Position numbers and translations under genes: made by a program. From IMG/VR virus record IMGVR_UViG_3300042296_000700, positions 32,001 to 96,000 of that record: DNA of 64,000 nt. The stretch is one strand, 5' to 3'. This document shows positions 34,929-45,758 of the stretch, piece by piece. The DNA comes from a virus. The notes beneath the pieces were generated by a model. That model was not told the DNA's origin. It saw nothing but the letters and a program-made list of their open reading frames with translations, and searched no databases. How positions within the stretch are numbered: position 1 is the first letter of the stretch; each line of letters opens with the position of its first letter.

Positions 34929-37900
34929 GTGACAAGATTTTTGGGAACACCCCTCAAGGGGGAAGGTTTTAGTTCATCTAGCGACGAGGCTTTTTCAGCC
35001 AAGGTCGCTGCTGATACGCAACCAAGAATACGTATTGATGCTGGCGGAAGAATTACGTGGGGTGGCGGGTCTGCCGCTGGCGATGTTTATGTGTATCGCT
35101 ATGGCGCGGACATCATTAAGTTTGTTGGCAATGTTGCTGTTGACGCATTGTTTGTTGATGGTATTGAAGTTGATACTACTGGTGCCACTCTTGACCAAGT
35201 GCTCAAATACAACGGCACTAAATTTGCTCCTGGTACGAACGTTGCGACAGTTGCTTCTATTGACGCTATTGGTGATGTTGTTATTACATCTCCACTTCAA
35301 TTCCAAGGATTGATGTATGACGGAACCAACTGGGTAAACAGCAACATCCCAAATGTATACCTTGTCAGGAATAATACTGGCTCAACCATACTCAAAGGAA
35401 CCTTGGTTGGTGCTGTTGACGCAGAACCTAGCGGAAGAATAGATGTTGCACCGTTTCAAGTAACAGGAACAGAAAACTCAGAACTTCGTGCGATGGGCAT
35501 TGCTACAAGCAATATATCTAGCGGCGTTAACGGCGAAGTGATGAATTTTGGAACTCTAACTGGTCTTGACACAAGAGGAAGCACCGCCAGTGCACTTGCG
35601 GTTGGTGACGAGACTTGGGCTGCTGGTGACATCCTTTTTGCCCACCCAACCGTTGATGGAAAACTCACAAATGTAAGACCACAACATGACCTTGCTGTTG
35701 CATTCATTACCGTTCGTCATGCTTCCACTGGTCAAATTGCAATAAGAATTATTCCTGGCAACAACCACCTTGAGTGGATGCACGATGTTTCACTTGTTGA
35801 TAAAACATCAGGAGACTTCCTTAAGTACAACGGAACTCTTTGGGTTAATGATGCAATTGACCTCGGTACAGACACGACAGGTAACTACATGTCGGGCATC
35901 TCTGGAACAAGCCCTGTATCTGTGGCGCATACTGCTGGCGAAGGTTCATCGGCTACCGTTTCTTTGGCGGCTAGTTATGGCGATACTCAGAACCCATATG
36001 CATCCAAGACTGCCAACTATGTTTTAGCAGCCCCTGATGGCACCTCTGGCGTTCCTACATTTAGAGCAATTGTTGCTGCCGACATCCCGACTCTCAACCA
36101 AAACACAACTGGCACCGCCGCCACTGTTACTGGAGCGGCTCAAACAGCAATTACTTCTGTAGGTACTCTTAGTTCTTTGGCGGTCACTGGTGGCGTGACA
36201 GCAGCGAGCCTAACTCTCTCTGGAAATCTTATAGTCAATGGCTCTACTACGACTGTCAACTCAACTGTCACCACGATTGACGACCCTGTAATTACTCTTG
36301 GTGGTGACACTGCTCCAAGTTCCGACGACAATAAAGACCGCGGTATTGAGTTTAGATACCACAATGGTGCAGCAGCAAAAATAGGTTTCTTTGGTTACGA
36401 CGACTCTACTGGTCGTTTCGTAATGATTCCCGACGCAACGAATACGAGCGAAGTTTTTGCTGGAACAGTTGGTGACATTCAGGCTGGAACTTTTTTTGGT
36501 GACCTTTCTGGTACTGCCACAAACATTACTGCTTCATCTAATACTTCTTTAACATCGTTATCCAACTTAACGACTGTGGGCACGCTTGGGTCACTTATAG
36601 TAAGTGGGGCTACTGCTGGTGACCTTGTTCGTATTACCCAGACTGGTGCTGGTAATGCTTTTGTTGTTGAGGATTCAACAAACCCTGACTCCACACCTTT
36701 TGTTATTAGTGCAAACGGAAATGTTGGTATTGGCACAACCTCACTCACAATTTCAAATCTTGCGATTGCAAGACCTATAACGGGAGGCACAACTGCTTAC
36801 GGGGTTGTTAGCACTGGAGCGATTCAGTCGGATGTAACCACGCAGGCTAACGGTTTTATTTCTTCAATAAATACCACAACAGCAGCGTTCACTCTTAGTA
36901 ATCTTAATCACTTTGCTGTTTCTGGTGTTACAACTCCTGGTGCTGGTTCAACAATTACAAACCAGTACGGTTATCTCGTAACTTCACAACTTACTGGTGG
37001 AACAAACAACTATGCGTTTGCCAGCAACGTTGCTGCTGCTACTGGTCGCTGGAACCTATACATGGGCGGTACAGCCCAAAACTATATGGCTGGCGGTTTA
37101 GGGATTGGCACCCCAACCCCTGCCTCTATGCTCCATGTTGCGGGCGGCGCATTGGGGGGTACCGCAGGTAACGAACTTATTGTTTCGCAAATTCGTTCAA
37201 CGAACGCAAACCAAGACATTGTTTATACAAAATATAGGCGTGTATCTACTGGTGCTGACTGGACTACTGCACAGGCTAAAATCCAAAGAACCATTGATGC
37301 AACCGATATGGGTTATATCGCATTTGGTGGAACCTCAGCACTTGATGTTCGTATCGGTTCAGGCACTACAGACATGGCAGTATTTGCATCTACTGGTGTT
37401 GATATTGTGGGCAACGTCTCCCTAACAGGGTCAGTTATTTTTGAAGGTGCAACTGCTAACAACTTTGAGACAACTGTCTCGGTTACTGACCCGACTGCCG
37501 ATAGAACAATCACTTTCCCCGATGCCACAGGAACCGTGGCGGTCAGTGGACAGAACGTATCGTTCAACGACGTAACCGTTGCGGGTAACCTGAACGTCAC
37601 TGGTAGTACTTTCGGTAGTGCAACACTTGACGTTGATAACTTCAAAATTACCCTCAACGCCTCTGTTGCAGGAGCCCCAACTCTTAACGGTGAAATTGAA
37701 GTCAACCGTGGCACCTCAACTGATGTCCGTATCCGTTGGAATGAAGTCTCCGACCTCTGGGAATACACAAACGACGGCACCAACTATTCACGTATTGGTT
37801 CCGCCCTAATGACGGTTTCAGACACCCCGCCATCAAGCCCATACACAGGCGACCTATGGTTTGAATCAGACAGTGGTATTACTTTTGTTCGCTACGACAG

Positions 37901-38255
37901 TCATTGGATTGAAATTGGTGCATCAGGAATTGGTGCAGTTACCTCAGATACCGCCCCATCCAGCCCTGCCAATGGACAAATTTGGTTTGAATCTGACACA
38001 AACCAACTAAAGATTTATTATTCGGGAACTTGGATTCAAGTCGGTGGCTCAGATGCCGTTAACGTTATTAACGCAATTAACGCTAAAGGCGACCTTGTCG
38101 TCGGAACCGCAAATGACACGGTGACAAGACTTGGTGCTGGCGCTAATGGTTCAGTGTTATCTGCCAACTCGTCCACGGCATCTGGTCTAGAGTGGGTTTC
38201 ACGTGCAGCCATCGTTGACGACTTTGCTGTGGCGAGTATAATGGGTGCTTACTGA
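34929..38255 (+). CDS. Large modular virion fibre/decoration protein (1108 aa)
   Basis: LKYNGT.W, GNL.V.GS.TTVNST..TIDDP, KDRGIEF, GNVGIGT, two SD.PPSSP..G..WFESD repeats. Confidence 0.78.
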   Translation: MTRFLGTPLKGEGFSSSSDEAFSAKVAADTQPRIRIDAGGRITWGGGSAAGDVYVYRYGADIIKFVGNVAVDALFVDGIEVDTTGATLDQVLKYNGTKFAPGTNVATVASIDAIGDVVITSPLQFQGLMYDGTNWVNSNIPNVYLVRNNTGSTILKGTLVGAVDAEPSGRIDVAPFQVTGTENSELRAMGIATSNISSGVNGEVMNFGTLTGLDTRGSTASALAVGDETWAAGDILFAHPTVDGKLTNVRPQHDLAVAFITVRHASTGQIAIRIIPGNNHLEWMHDVSLVDKTSGDFLKYNGTLWVNDAIDLGTDTTGNYMSGISGTSPVSVAHTAGEGSSATVSLAASYGDTQNPYASKTANYVLAAPDGTSGVPTFRAIVAADIPTLNQNTTGTAATVTGAAQTAITSVGTLSSLAVTGGVTAASLTLSGNLIVNGSTTTVNSTVTTIDDPVITLGGDTAPSSDDNKDRGIEFRYHNGAAAKIGFFGYDDSTGRFVMIPDATNTSEVFAGTVGDIQAGTFFGDLSGTATNITASSNTSLTSLSNLTTVGTLGSLIVSGATAGDLVRITQTGAGNAFVVEDSTNPDSTPFVISANGNVGIGTTSLTISNLAIARPITGGTTAYGVVSTGAIQSDVTTQANGFISSINTTTAAFTLSNLNHFAVSGVTTPGAGSTITNQYGYLVTSQLTGGTNNYAFASNVAAATGRWNLYMGGTAQNYMAGGLGIGTPTPASMLHVAGGALGGTAGNELIVSQIRSTNANQDIVYTKYRRVSTGADWTTAQAKIQRTIDATDMGYIAFGGTSALDVRIGSGTTDMAVFASTGVDIVGNVSLTGSVIFEGATANNFETTVSVTDPTADRTITFPDATGTVAVSGQNVSFNDVTVAGNLNVTGSTFGSATLDVDNFKITLNASVAGAPTLNGEIEVNRGTSTDVRIRWNEVSDLWEYTNDGTNYSRIGSALMTVSDTPPSSPYTGDLWFESDSGITFVRYDSHWIEIGASGIGAVTSDTAPSSPANGQIWFESDTNQLKIYYSGTWIQVGGSDAVNVINAINAKGDLVVGTANDTVTRLGAGANGSVLSANSSTASGLEWVSRAAIVDDFAVASIMGAY

Positions 38256-38274
38256 GATGATTGAGGTTGACTAA

Positions 38275-38580
38275 ATGGCTAATACAGCAAAAGTTCTTTT
38301 TAGAGGGGCTGCGACAACTAATACAAACACTACTTTGTATACGGTTCCTGCCTCAACGTCTACGGTTATAACGAATATTGTTGTTACTAATACGACATCA
38401 AGCCCAGCAACATTCACTTTTTCCCTAAACGGCGTAGTCATTGCACCCACTGTCGCAATTAGTGGCTTCTCAATGACGTCACTGGATATCAAACAAGTTA
38501 TAGCAACCACGCAAACACTTACTGGTGGAGCATCAGCAGCAACAGTCAACTTTCACGTTAGCGGAATGGAAATCGCGTAA
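38275..38580 (+). CDS. Small virion protein (paralog of 41593..41952)
   Basis: TLYTVPASTSTVITNIVVTNTTSS. Confidence 0.7.
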   Translation: MANTAKVLFRGAATTNTNTTLYTVPASTSTVITNIVVTNTTSSPATFTFSLNGVVIAPTVAISGFSMTSLDIKQVIATTQTLTGGASAATVNFHVSGMEIA

Positions 38581-41336
38581 TGGGTATTCAACAGTTCCCT
38601 ATTGGTGATACAACGATTGAAGCAAACGAACTTCTTTACGACCCAGTAAACAAGTTGCGTGTTTCAATGCCGCAGTCACTTATTGACACCGACTTTGAGT
38701 ACGGTACACAGATTTCTAAGTGGGAAAACCTTACAATGACGGACAACCGTCCGTTTGTTTACAACGCACAAACACAATTGGGCGGCATTACAGCAATATC
38801 TTTACCCAACCTTTCGCGCACAGTAACGGTAAGCACCTCATCTACACCAGCAGTCGGAACGCCAATTTCTGTTACAGATACTCATTTGTCTATTGCTAAC
38901 GGAAACTTTATTGTTGAATCAATTTCTTCTGGAGTGTCATTCACATATACTGCGCGTGCAGAAAACACGACAACAGTAACTTCTATCTATGACACAAACA
39001 AAACACAGATTTTTCAAGGCGCATTTTACACTGGCGCAGCAATCGGTGCTGCTCCTACTGTCACCTATTCTGGAACAAAAGTAACTGTAACAACAACAGT
39101 TCCTCACGGTCTTTCTATCGGCAACGAAATAGCACTCACTGGCATCACGACCTCTGGAGCCAACCCACCAAACGGAGCACACTTTGTCGCAGGTGTTTCC
39201 AGTGCGACAGTATTCTTTTATTATGTCCCAACTGCACCGACTGGAACATTGACCGCAACTTCTGCACTCTGTTATGCTCGCCCACAAGGGCAGTTTTTGC
39301 ATCGTCCGTTTGATGGTGGAGTAATTTTTTCCAGCAACTCAACATCAAATCATCAGACAGCAATCCGTCAAACACGACGTTACTTCCGATACCAGTCTGG
39401 TAAAGGTATTCAGATGAGTTCAGGAACACTCATCAAACCATCGCTACAACTAGAATCATTGACCTCATCAGGCACTTTGGTTACTGTTCAAACAAAAGAG
39501 AAGCACAACCTTCAACCTGGTTCAACTATTGAAGTATTCGGCGCAAACGAGACTGCCTACAACGGCAACTTTACGGTCTACACCGTTACTGGTTATAACA
39601 CATTTACATATACGGCATTAAGTGTCCCATCATCAGCAACAGCATCAGGTCTTTACTACGCAAACATTAGCGAATGGTACGGTTGCGCAAACCGCATTGG
39701 TTTGTTTGATAATCAGAACGGGATGTTCTTTGAACATGATGGTCAAGAACTAACAGCAGTTCTCAGAAATTCCACGTATCAGATATCAGGGCGCGTAAGT
39801 GTCACGAACGGTTCTCCAAGCGTCACCCAAACAAACGCATCATTCCCAACACGCTTTGCTAAGCAACTAGACATCGGCGACCACATAGTCATCCGAGGAC
39901 AGTCATACCGCATCATTGACATTGCGAGCGATACATCGTTAACAATTAGTCCTGCATATCGTGGAATAACATCCACAATGGTTATTGCTTCAAAAACGGT
40001 TGATACACACTATAAGCAATCAGAGTGGAACATTGACAAAATGGACGGCACGGGTCCTTCTGGATACAACGCCAACTTTACAAAAATGCAAATGTTCTAC
40101 ATTGACTATTCATGGTATGGCGCTGGTGCAGTTCGCTTTGGCATGCGTGGAACTGATGGTGAAATTAAATATTGTCACAAGTTAGTCAACAACAACGTTA
40201 ACTCAGAAGCGTACATGCGTTCAGGAAACCTTCCAGCACGCTACGAGTCAATAACTCAACCTCCATATACAAAACTTTCAGCAACGCTATCAAACGTGGG
40301 AACTACCGCGTCTGTTGTTTCAACATATGGTTTCCCTGCAGCAGGAACACTACTTGTATCAAACAACCTTTCTGGCTACGAATTTGTGAACTACACAGGA
40401 AAAACTTCAACGTCTTTCACTGGTCTCACTCGGGCACAAACAGGCGTAGCATCACTTGCTACGACCGTAGCGTCTGGTTCAAACGTTCTTACTGTTTCTT
40501 CTACGGCTGGTATTCAGGTTGGGCAGCGTGTGTTTGGAATAGGTAGTCCTGATGTTCCAGAAAACACATTTGTTTCATCAATTACCTCTGGAACTGTGCT
40601 TGCTTTAAGTCAGGCAGTAACAGCAACTAACCCAACACTATTATTCGCACCGATGAATGATGGCACAGCAAAAACTTTCACATATTCTGCGACCAACCCG
40701 ATTGGTGTTGAACTTGCTTGGCCGACATATGCGCCAACTATCTCTCACTGGGGTACTTCGGCAATCATGGATGGTCGTTACGACGACGATAAATCTTTGT
40801 TGTTCACGTACGGTCAGGTAACAAGTACGGCTGTTGCTTCTGGTGCAACGAACTGTTTACTTGCGATTCGTGTAGCACCTTCGGTTGATAATGGTACTTC
40901 TGGTGCTTTTGGTAGTCGCGAACTTGTCAACCGTATGCAGTTGATTTTGCGTGCGCTTGATATCACAACAACTACAGCAAACTCAAACCTGCTTATTACG
41001 GCTGTTCTTAACGGCACACCAAGCGCAGCCGCTACATGGATTTCACCTGCGACAGTCACTTCAAGTCTTGCTCAAGTCGCAGACTACAGCGGTACAGTCA
41101 GGACTATCTCTGGTGGCGAAACAACAGGTGGTTTCTTCGTAGGTACAGGCGCCAACTCTATTGACCTTACGACAGTACGAGACCTCGGTAACTCTATTCT
41201 TGGTGGCGGAACAACGACCACTAATACTGGCATCTACCCTGACGGTCCAGACACGCTACATATTATGGTACGTAACCTTGGTTCCTTATCAGCAAACGTG
41301 TTCTCACGTCTTTCATGGACGGAAGCGCAGGCATAA
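38580..41336 (+). CDS. Large virion structural protein (918 aa)
   Basis: KLRVS.PQSLIDTDFEYG, RQTRRYFRYQSGKG, QMFYIDYSWYGAG.VRFG, LSWTE; HGL/HNL beta repeats. Confidence 0.78.
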   Translation: MGIQQFPIGDTTIEANELLYDPVNKLRVSMPQSLIDTDFEYGTQISKWENLTMTDNRPFVYNAQTQLGGITAISLPNLSRTVTVSTSSTPAVGTPISVTDTHLSIANGNFIVESISSGVSFTYTARAENTTTVTSIYDTNKTQIFQGAFYTGAAIGAAPTVTYSGTKVTVTTTVPHGLSIGNEIALTGITTSGANPPNGAHFVAGVSSATVFFYYVPTAPTGTLTATSALCYARPQGQFLHRPFDGGVIFSSNSTSNHQTAIRQTRRYFRYQSGKGIQMSSGTLIKPSLQLESLTSSGTLVTVQTKEKHNLQPGSTIEVFGANETAYNGNFTVYTVTGYNTFTYTALSVPSSATASGLYYANISEWYGCANRIGLFDNQNGMFFEHDGQELTAVLRNSTYQISGRVSVTNGSPSVTQTNASFPTRFAKQLDIGDHIVIRGQSYRIIDIASDTSLTISPAYRGITSTMVIASKTVDTHYKQSEWNIDKMDGTGPSGYNANFTKMQMFYIDYSWYGAGAVRFGMRGTDGEIKYCHKLVNNNVNSEAYMRSGNLPARYESITQPPYTKLSATLSNVGTTASVVSTYGFPAAGTLLVSNNLSGYEFVNYTGKTSTSFTGLTRAQTGVASLATTVASGSNVLTVSSTAGIQVGQRVFGIGSPDVPENTFVSSITSGTVLALSQAVTATNPTLLFAPMNDGTAKTFTYSATNPIGVELAWPTYAPTISHWGTSAIMDGRYDDDKSLLFTYGQVTSTAVASGATNCLLAIRVAPSVDNGTSGAFGSRELVNRMQLILRALDITTTTANSNLLITAVLNGTPSAAATWISPATVTSSLAQVADYSGTVRTISGGETTGGFFVGTGANSIDLTTVRDLGNSILGGGTTTTNTGIYPDGPDTLHIMVRNLGSLSANVFSRLSWTEAQA

Positions 41337-41338
41337 CA

Positions 41339-41593
41339 ATGGCTATTGACTTCCCTAACTCCCCAGCAACCAACGATACCTTCTCTGATTCTGGTAAAAC
41401 TTGGAAGTACAACGGATATGCATGGTTGTTGCAAACCATTCCTACTGCTCTCGCGAATGGTTCTATTTCTTTAGCGCAGATTGCACAAGGTGGGGCAACT
41501 GCAGGGCAGGCTCTAGTGTGGAGTGGTTCTGTTTGGGCTCCGAATGATGCGTTGCGCGACAATCTTATCAAGTTCTACATGGAGGTCATCTGA
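41339..41593 (+). CDS. Small virion protein
   Basis: MAIDFPNSP...GKTWKYNG.AW; GATAGQALVWSGSVWAP. Confidence 0.7.
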   Translation: MAIDFPNSPATNDTFSDSGKTWKYNGYAWLLQTIPTALANGSISLAQIAQGGATAGQALVWSGSVWAPNDALRDNLIKFYMEVI

Positions 41594-41952
41594 TGGCTGT
41601 AACACAAAAACGTCTTGCTGGTCCTGCCCAGTTGACTGCAACAACCGCTGTCTATTACACGACACCAATCAGCACTACCACGATTGTCAAACAAATTATT
41701 CTAACGAACACTACTTCGTCAGCAAAAACTGTGACTGTTCGTTTGAAACCCCTTGGTGTGGCTGAGGCTGCCACACACGACATTATTAGCGGTATGACTA
41801 TCAACGCTAACGAAACTATGGCTTTCAACTGTTCGCTAGTTCTCAACAACAATGGTTCTACAGCAAACGCAACTAACAGCGACCAGTTGACAGCATTGTG
41901 TAGTTCGGCAACGTCAGTCAATATTACGATTGTAGGTATTCAAGAGGCATAA
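41593..41952 (+). CDS. Small virion protein (paralog of 38275..38580)
   Basis: YYTTPISTTTIVKQIILTNTTSS. Confidence 0.72.
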   Translation: MAVTQKRLAGPAQLTATTAVYYTTPISTTTIVKQIILTNTTSSAKTVTVRLKPLGVAEAATHDIISGMTINANETMAFNCSLVLNNNGSTANATNSDQLTALCSSATSVNITIVGIQEA

Positions 41953-42659
41953 TGGCTGGCATGGTTCGCTACCCGGCGTTGAACGCCATGGCGTCATTTA
42001 TTGATGCCCCTGACTCCGTCTATGGCACTGGCAATGACGGTTCTGTAACCATGGACGGAAGTACTATCGTTATCGGTATTACGCCCTCTTCAAATGTTTA
42101 TACGATGGCTCGCGACACATATTTCTATAATCTGACCATTAGTTCGGGTGTGCGTTTAAACCCAAATGGTTATCGTGTTTTTGTAAAGAATCAGTTAATA
42201 CTCGGTAGCAGCGCAATGATTGGTTATACGACAGGTTTTGCTTCTGCTGGTTCTATCCAACAGGGTGGGGCAGCAAGCACTCCAGTTACTCATAGTCTTG
42301 GAGGTGCGTCGCAAACACAAACTGCCACATTGCCAATCGCTTCGCTTGGCGGCTCGCAATACTTTCAACAGCCGTTGCAGGCAATAGATGGTTTTTCTGT
42401 TACCGCATCTGGCGGACCAACATTTTTACGCGGTGGCGCTGGAGGAGTAGGTCAGGCTGGTGGAGGGGTAGTAATTCTTGCTGCCCGCTACATCTCTGGA
42501 CCGACATCTGGGAGCGCAACAATTTCTGCTAAAGCAACATCTCCTGCTGGTGGTGGAGTGATTCTTCTTGTTTCATCTGGCGCAACATTGCCTACGACTG
42601 TAACAACAGACGTGACTGGTTATGCCTCTGGGATATTCTACTATATGCAGTTGGTATAA
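41952..42659 (+). CDS. Gly-rich virion protein (paralogous to the middle/C-terminal part of the next gene)
   Basis: DSVYGTGNDG.VT...RDTYFYNL.I...NGYRVFVKN; GGAGG..GGGVV. Confidence 0.72.
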   Translation: MAGMVRYPALNAMASFIDAPDSVYGTGNDGSVTMDGSTIVIGITPSSNVYTMARDTYFYNLTISSGVRLNPNGYRVFVKNQLILGSSAMIGYTTGFASAGSIQQGGAASTPVTHSLGGASQTQTATLPIASLGGSQYFQQPLQAIDGFSVTASGGPTFLRGGAGGVGQAGGGVVILAARYISGPTSGSATISAKATSPAGGGVILLVSSGATLPTTVTTDVTGYASGIFYYMQLV

Positions 42660-42660
42660 A

Positions 42661-45600
42661 ATGGCTGCGCTTGAAAGAACAGGAACAAATAGGGAACTGT
42701 ACAGGATTGGAGATATCGGTCCTGGTGGTGGGACGATTTTCCTTACCCCAAGTTCAACAGATAACACTACTGGTAAATATTTTGAAGTCGCTCCTCCCAC
42801 GTGGACGGGGTCACTTGGGAATACGTTAACGCGAACGAACCTATGTAAAACAAGTTCTTTTGATGGTGGTGTTGGTTTATGGACTGCCAATAGTGGGGCA
42901 GTAATCACAACTGATACAAACGAGCATCTTGTCAGTGGAAGTTCACTAAAAATTACGTCTTCAACAAGTAATTACAACAACGCCATACATGCCCTGATAC
43001 CCATTACTGCTGGTCAGAAATATGTTTATAGTGCGTACGTAAAAAATGTTGGCGGAAATACGCGACCTGTTTACCTCGCTGTTATTTGGTTTGCATCAAA
43101 CGGTTCAACTGTTGTAGGAAGCGAAATGAACTCTGTTTCTCAGGGAGACCTTGCTATTGCAGACGGCTGGCGGCGCAGATGGGTTGCTGGAACAGCACCA
43201 ATTGGCTCTGCATTCGCTCGTCTGCATATTTTAAGTGGCACCACGGGTCTGACAACAGCCGACATCACGCGTGCTGACGGTGTTTTGTTTGAACAAAGTT
43301 CTTTTTCTTTTTTATATCCGTTTTTTGATGGTGTGAAATCATATTTAGATTCGTCAATGGCATATACGGCTTTACCAAACCCTGGTACCGCAGATATTAG
43401 AACTCTTACTAATGAGGGTTACAGTATTATTCCAGAAACACGAGCGTGGTCTGGCAGTGCATATAACTCGTCATCAACGAGCACATGGATTGGTGGGACA
43501 GCAACACCAAAACTTAGAACAAGCAACGTTTCTTTAACTGGATACACTTTATATCCTGATATTGGATTAGGGGCGTCACAGACAGATATCATATTTAATT
43601 TTGGTTCACAAGAAAATACTGCAGCATATGTTGCAAAACAATATTCTGGCGGTGGTTATACAGACTGGTTTCTTCCATCAACATATGAACTCAAGGCACT
43701 CGGTGAGGCGCAATTTGCCACTTATAGCGTCGGGGTAGTTTCTACCTCTACGACTACATATGCCACTTCTTCTACTTCTTCTTCTATATTGATGAGAAGT
43801 TGGGTTGGTAGCACAAGTAGTAATGTGGGTATTTATGAGCCAGTCAATGTGCGTCCAGTACGAATGTTTTCTGCAACACCGTCAACGCATGTGCAACGTG
43901 CAGGTAACGACTCGGTGTATGGGAACGGATATGACGGCGATGTCACCATTCTTGGTTCAGGACAAATAACTTATCTTTCCAGAGATATGTATTACAACAA
44001 TTTGGTTATACCATCGCAAACAATGCTTCACACTAATGGTTACAGAGTTTTTGTTCGTAACAAACTAACTGTTAATGGATACATTGGCGTCAGCAGTGGT
44101 TCAAACACGATATTTGGTTTACTTTATGGAGAACCAAGCGCAGTTACGTCAAGGACAGTCTCTGGAACGACATCCACGAATGCTATTACATATCGTATTG
44201 GCGGCAAGGGTGGGGGCGCTACCGCTGATGGTACGAGTCTTCTCCCTACAGGAATTCTGTATTCTTTAGATGTTGCTACTAAAGGTTTGTTCATTGACCC
44301 TAATAACAGTCAGTTGACACCTTTGACTGGTGGTGCTCTTGGTACGCAAGGAAGTCAAGGAACAACATATCCAGCGTTAACTGATTCTGATACTTGGTCT
44401 GGTAAAACTGCTCCTACGTCTTGGCCTAGCCAGTCTGGTAATGCGGGTAATGCGGGTAATGCGGGTGGTGCTGGTGGAACTGTTGTTGCTGGTGCGTTAG
44501 GTGGTGCTGGTGGATATCCACCAAATGCCCATACTGGCACTGGTACCACTCCTGGTGGAAGAGGCAGTACAGGTAACTCTGGTAATCCGGGTACGGCTGG
44601 AAATCCTGGTGCGACAGGCAACTCAGGAAATCCTGGTACGGCAGGCAACCCTGGTACGGCAACTGGAGCAAATCCGAGTGTAGGTGGTGCTGGAGGTTCG
44701 GCTGGGCAAGGTGGCGCTGTCGTTGTTATTGCAGCCAAAACTATTACTGGTACTGGAAGAATTGTTTCGCTAGGTATTTCTGGCGCATTAGGTTCTGCTG
44801 GAACTACTGGTACTGGTGGTACGGCTGGTACGGCTGGTACGGCTGGAAACGCAGGTACTACTGGCGCAGCGGGCAATGCTGGTAGTGCTGGCACGGCTGG
44901 AAATACTGGAGACGCGGCACCAGGTATTAACACAAGTCCATATCATGCTCATCACCGTCTCGGTTCTGGACATATGAATACTCAGTACGCAAATGGCGGA
45001 GGGCATGATAGCGAACCTGGCGCGCATATTCCGCATGCTCATCTTTCGCAGGATTATCATGACCAGCATCGCGGCTCGCGACTTCATTTTCATATGCCTC
45101 ACGGCGGCAATACGGTAAACCATAACCCTCCTGTAGTTACGAGTAACAAGCCATTGACACATGGACCAGGTACGGTCTTTCATAATCCTTCACACATTCA
45201 CCATGCAGGTCACACGCACAACCCGCATCATGATGCTCCTCACGGACATAACCATCACACACATAGAAACGATGGGGCGACTTTACACAGTCCTCATACT
45301 TTCGGACCACACCACGGTGCTGCAAACGGGCAGGGCAATGACGGAACTCATGCCTACTACTACTGGGGCGGACATCACGGAACACAACATGCAGGCGGAC
45401 CTCACACCCATGGGTCGGCAGGCAAACATATCGGGTCACCCCACACTGGTACTCATTATGCAGGAGGTGCTGGTGGCGCAGGCGGACCCGCTGGCATTGC
45501 TGGAACGGCAGGAACAGGTGGTACGGGGGGCACAGGGGGTCTCGCTGGACCAGGAGGCACTGCGGCACCCGCACAACCTCAGGGCGGCACAGGTAAGCGT

Positions 45601-45750
45601 GGGGGTGCAGGCGGTGGAGGAGGTATCATTGTGATAACCGATAGCACCTCATTGGGAAGCGTAACTACCGACGTTACTGCTGGTGCAACTCAAGACTCAG
45701 ATTTCAACACAGCCTCTTCAGGGTTTGTATACTTAATTCAGAACACATAG
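42661..45750 (+). CDS. Modular fibre/adhesin: CBM-like domain, DUF1566-like segment, G-x-x repeats flanking a His-rich domain
   Basis: YRIGDIGPGGG.IF; jelly-roll-like ITAGQKYVYSAYVK; GGYTDWFLPS.YEL...VRPVRMF; (GNA/GTA/GNP)n; 41 His counted in 44944-45456. Confidence 0.8.
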   Translation: MAALERTGTNRELYRIGDIGPGGGTIFLTPSSTDNTTGKYFEVAPPTWTGSLGNTLTRTNLCKTSSFDGGVGLWTANSGAVITTDTNEHLVSGSSLKITSSTSNYNNAIHALIPITAGQKYVYSAYVKNVGGNTRPVYLAVIWFASNGSTVVGSEMNSVSQGDLAIADGWRRRWVAGTAPIGSAFARLHILSGTTGLTTADITRADGVLFEQSSFSFLYPFFDGVKSYLDSSMAYTALPNPGTADIRTLTNEGYSIIPETRAWSGSAYNSSSTSTWIGGTATPKLRTSNVSLTGYTLYPDIGLGASQTDIIFNFGSQENTAAYVAKQYSGGGYTDWFLPSTYELKALGEAQFATYSVGVVSTSTTTYATSSTSSSILMRSWVGSTSSNVGIYEPVNVRPVRMFSATPSTHVQRAGNDSVYGNGYDGDVTILGSGQITYLSRDMYYNNLVIPSQTMLHTNGYRVFVRNKLTVNGYIGVSSGSNTIFGLLYGEPSAVTSRTVSGTTSTNAITYRIGGKGGGATADGTSLLPTGILYSLDVATKGLFIDPNNSQLTPLTGGALGTQGSQGTTYPALTDSDTWSGKTAPTSWPSQSGNAGNAGNAGGAGGTVVAGALGGAGGYPPNAHTGTGTTPGGRGSTGNSGNPGTAGNPGATGNSGNPGTAGNPGTATGANPSVGGAGGSAGQGGAVVVIAAKTITGTGRIVSLGISGALGSAGTTGTGGTAGTAGTAGNAGTTGAAGNAGSAGTAGNTGDAAPGINTSPYHAHHRLGSGHMNTQYANGGGHDSEPGAHIPHAHLSQDYHDQHRGSRLHFHMPHGGNTVNHNPPVVTSNKPLTHGPGTVFHNPSHIHHAGHTHNPHHDAPHGHNHHTHRNDGATLHSPHTFGPHHGAANGQGNDGTHAYYYWGGHHGTQHAGGPHTHGSAGKHIGSPHTGTHYAGGAGGAGGPAGIAGTAGTGGTGGTGGLAGPGGTAAPAQPQGGTGKRGGAGGGGGIIVITDSTSLGSVTTDVTAGATQDSDFNTASSGFVYLIQNT

Positions 45751-45758
45751 GAGAAAAA

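Noticed and set aside
44355-45634. Long antisense and alternate-frame ORFs over the Gly/His region
   Set aside because: Shadows of low-complexity repeats; same for most short antisense ORFs in the track.
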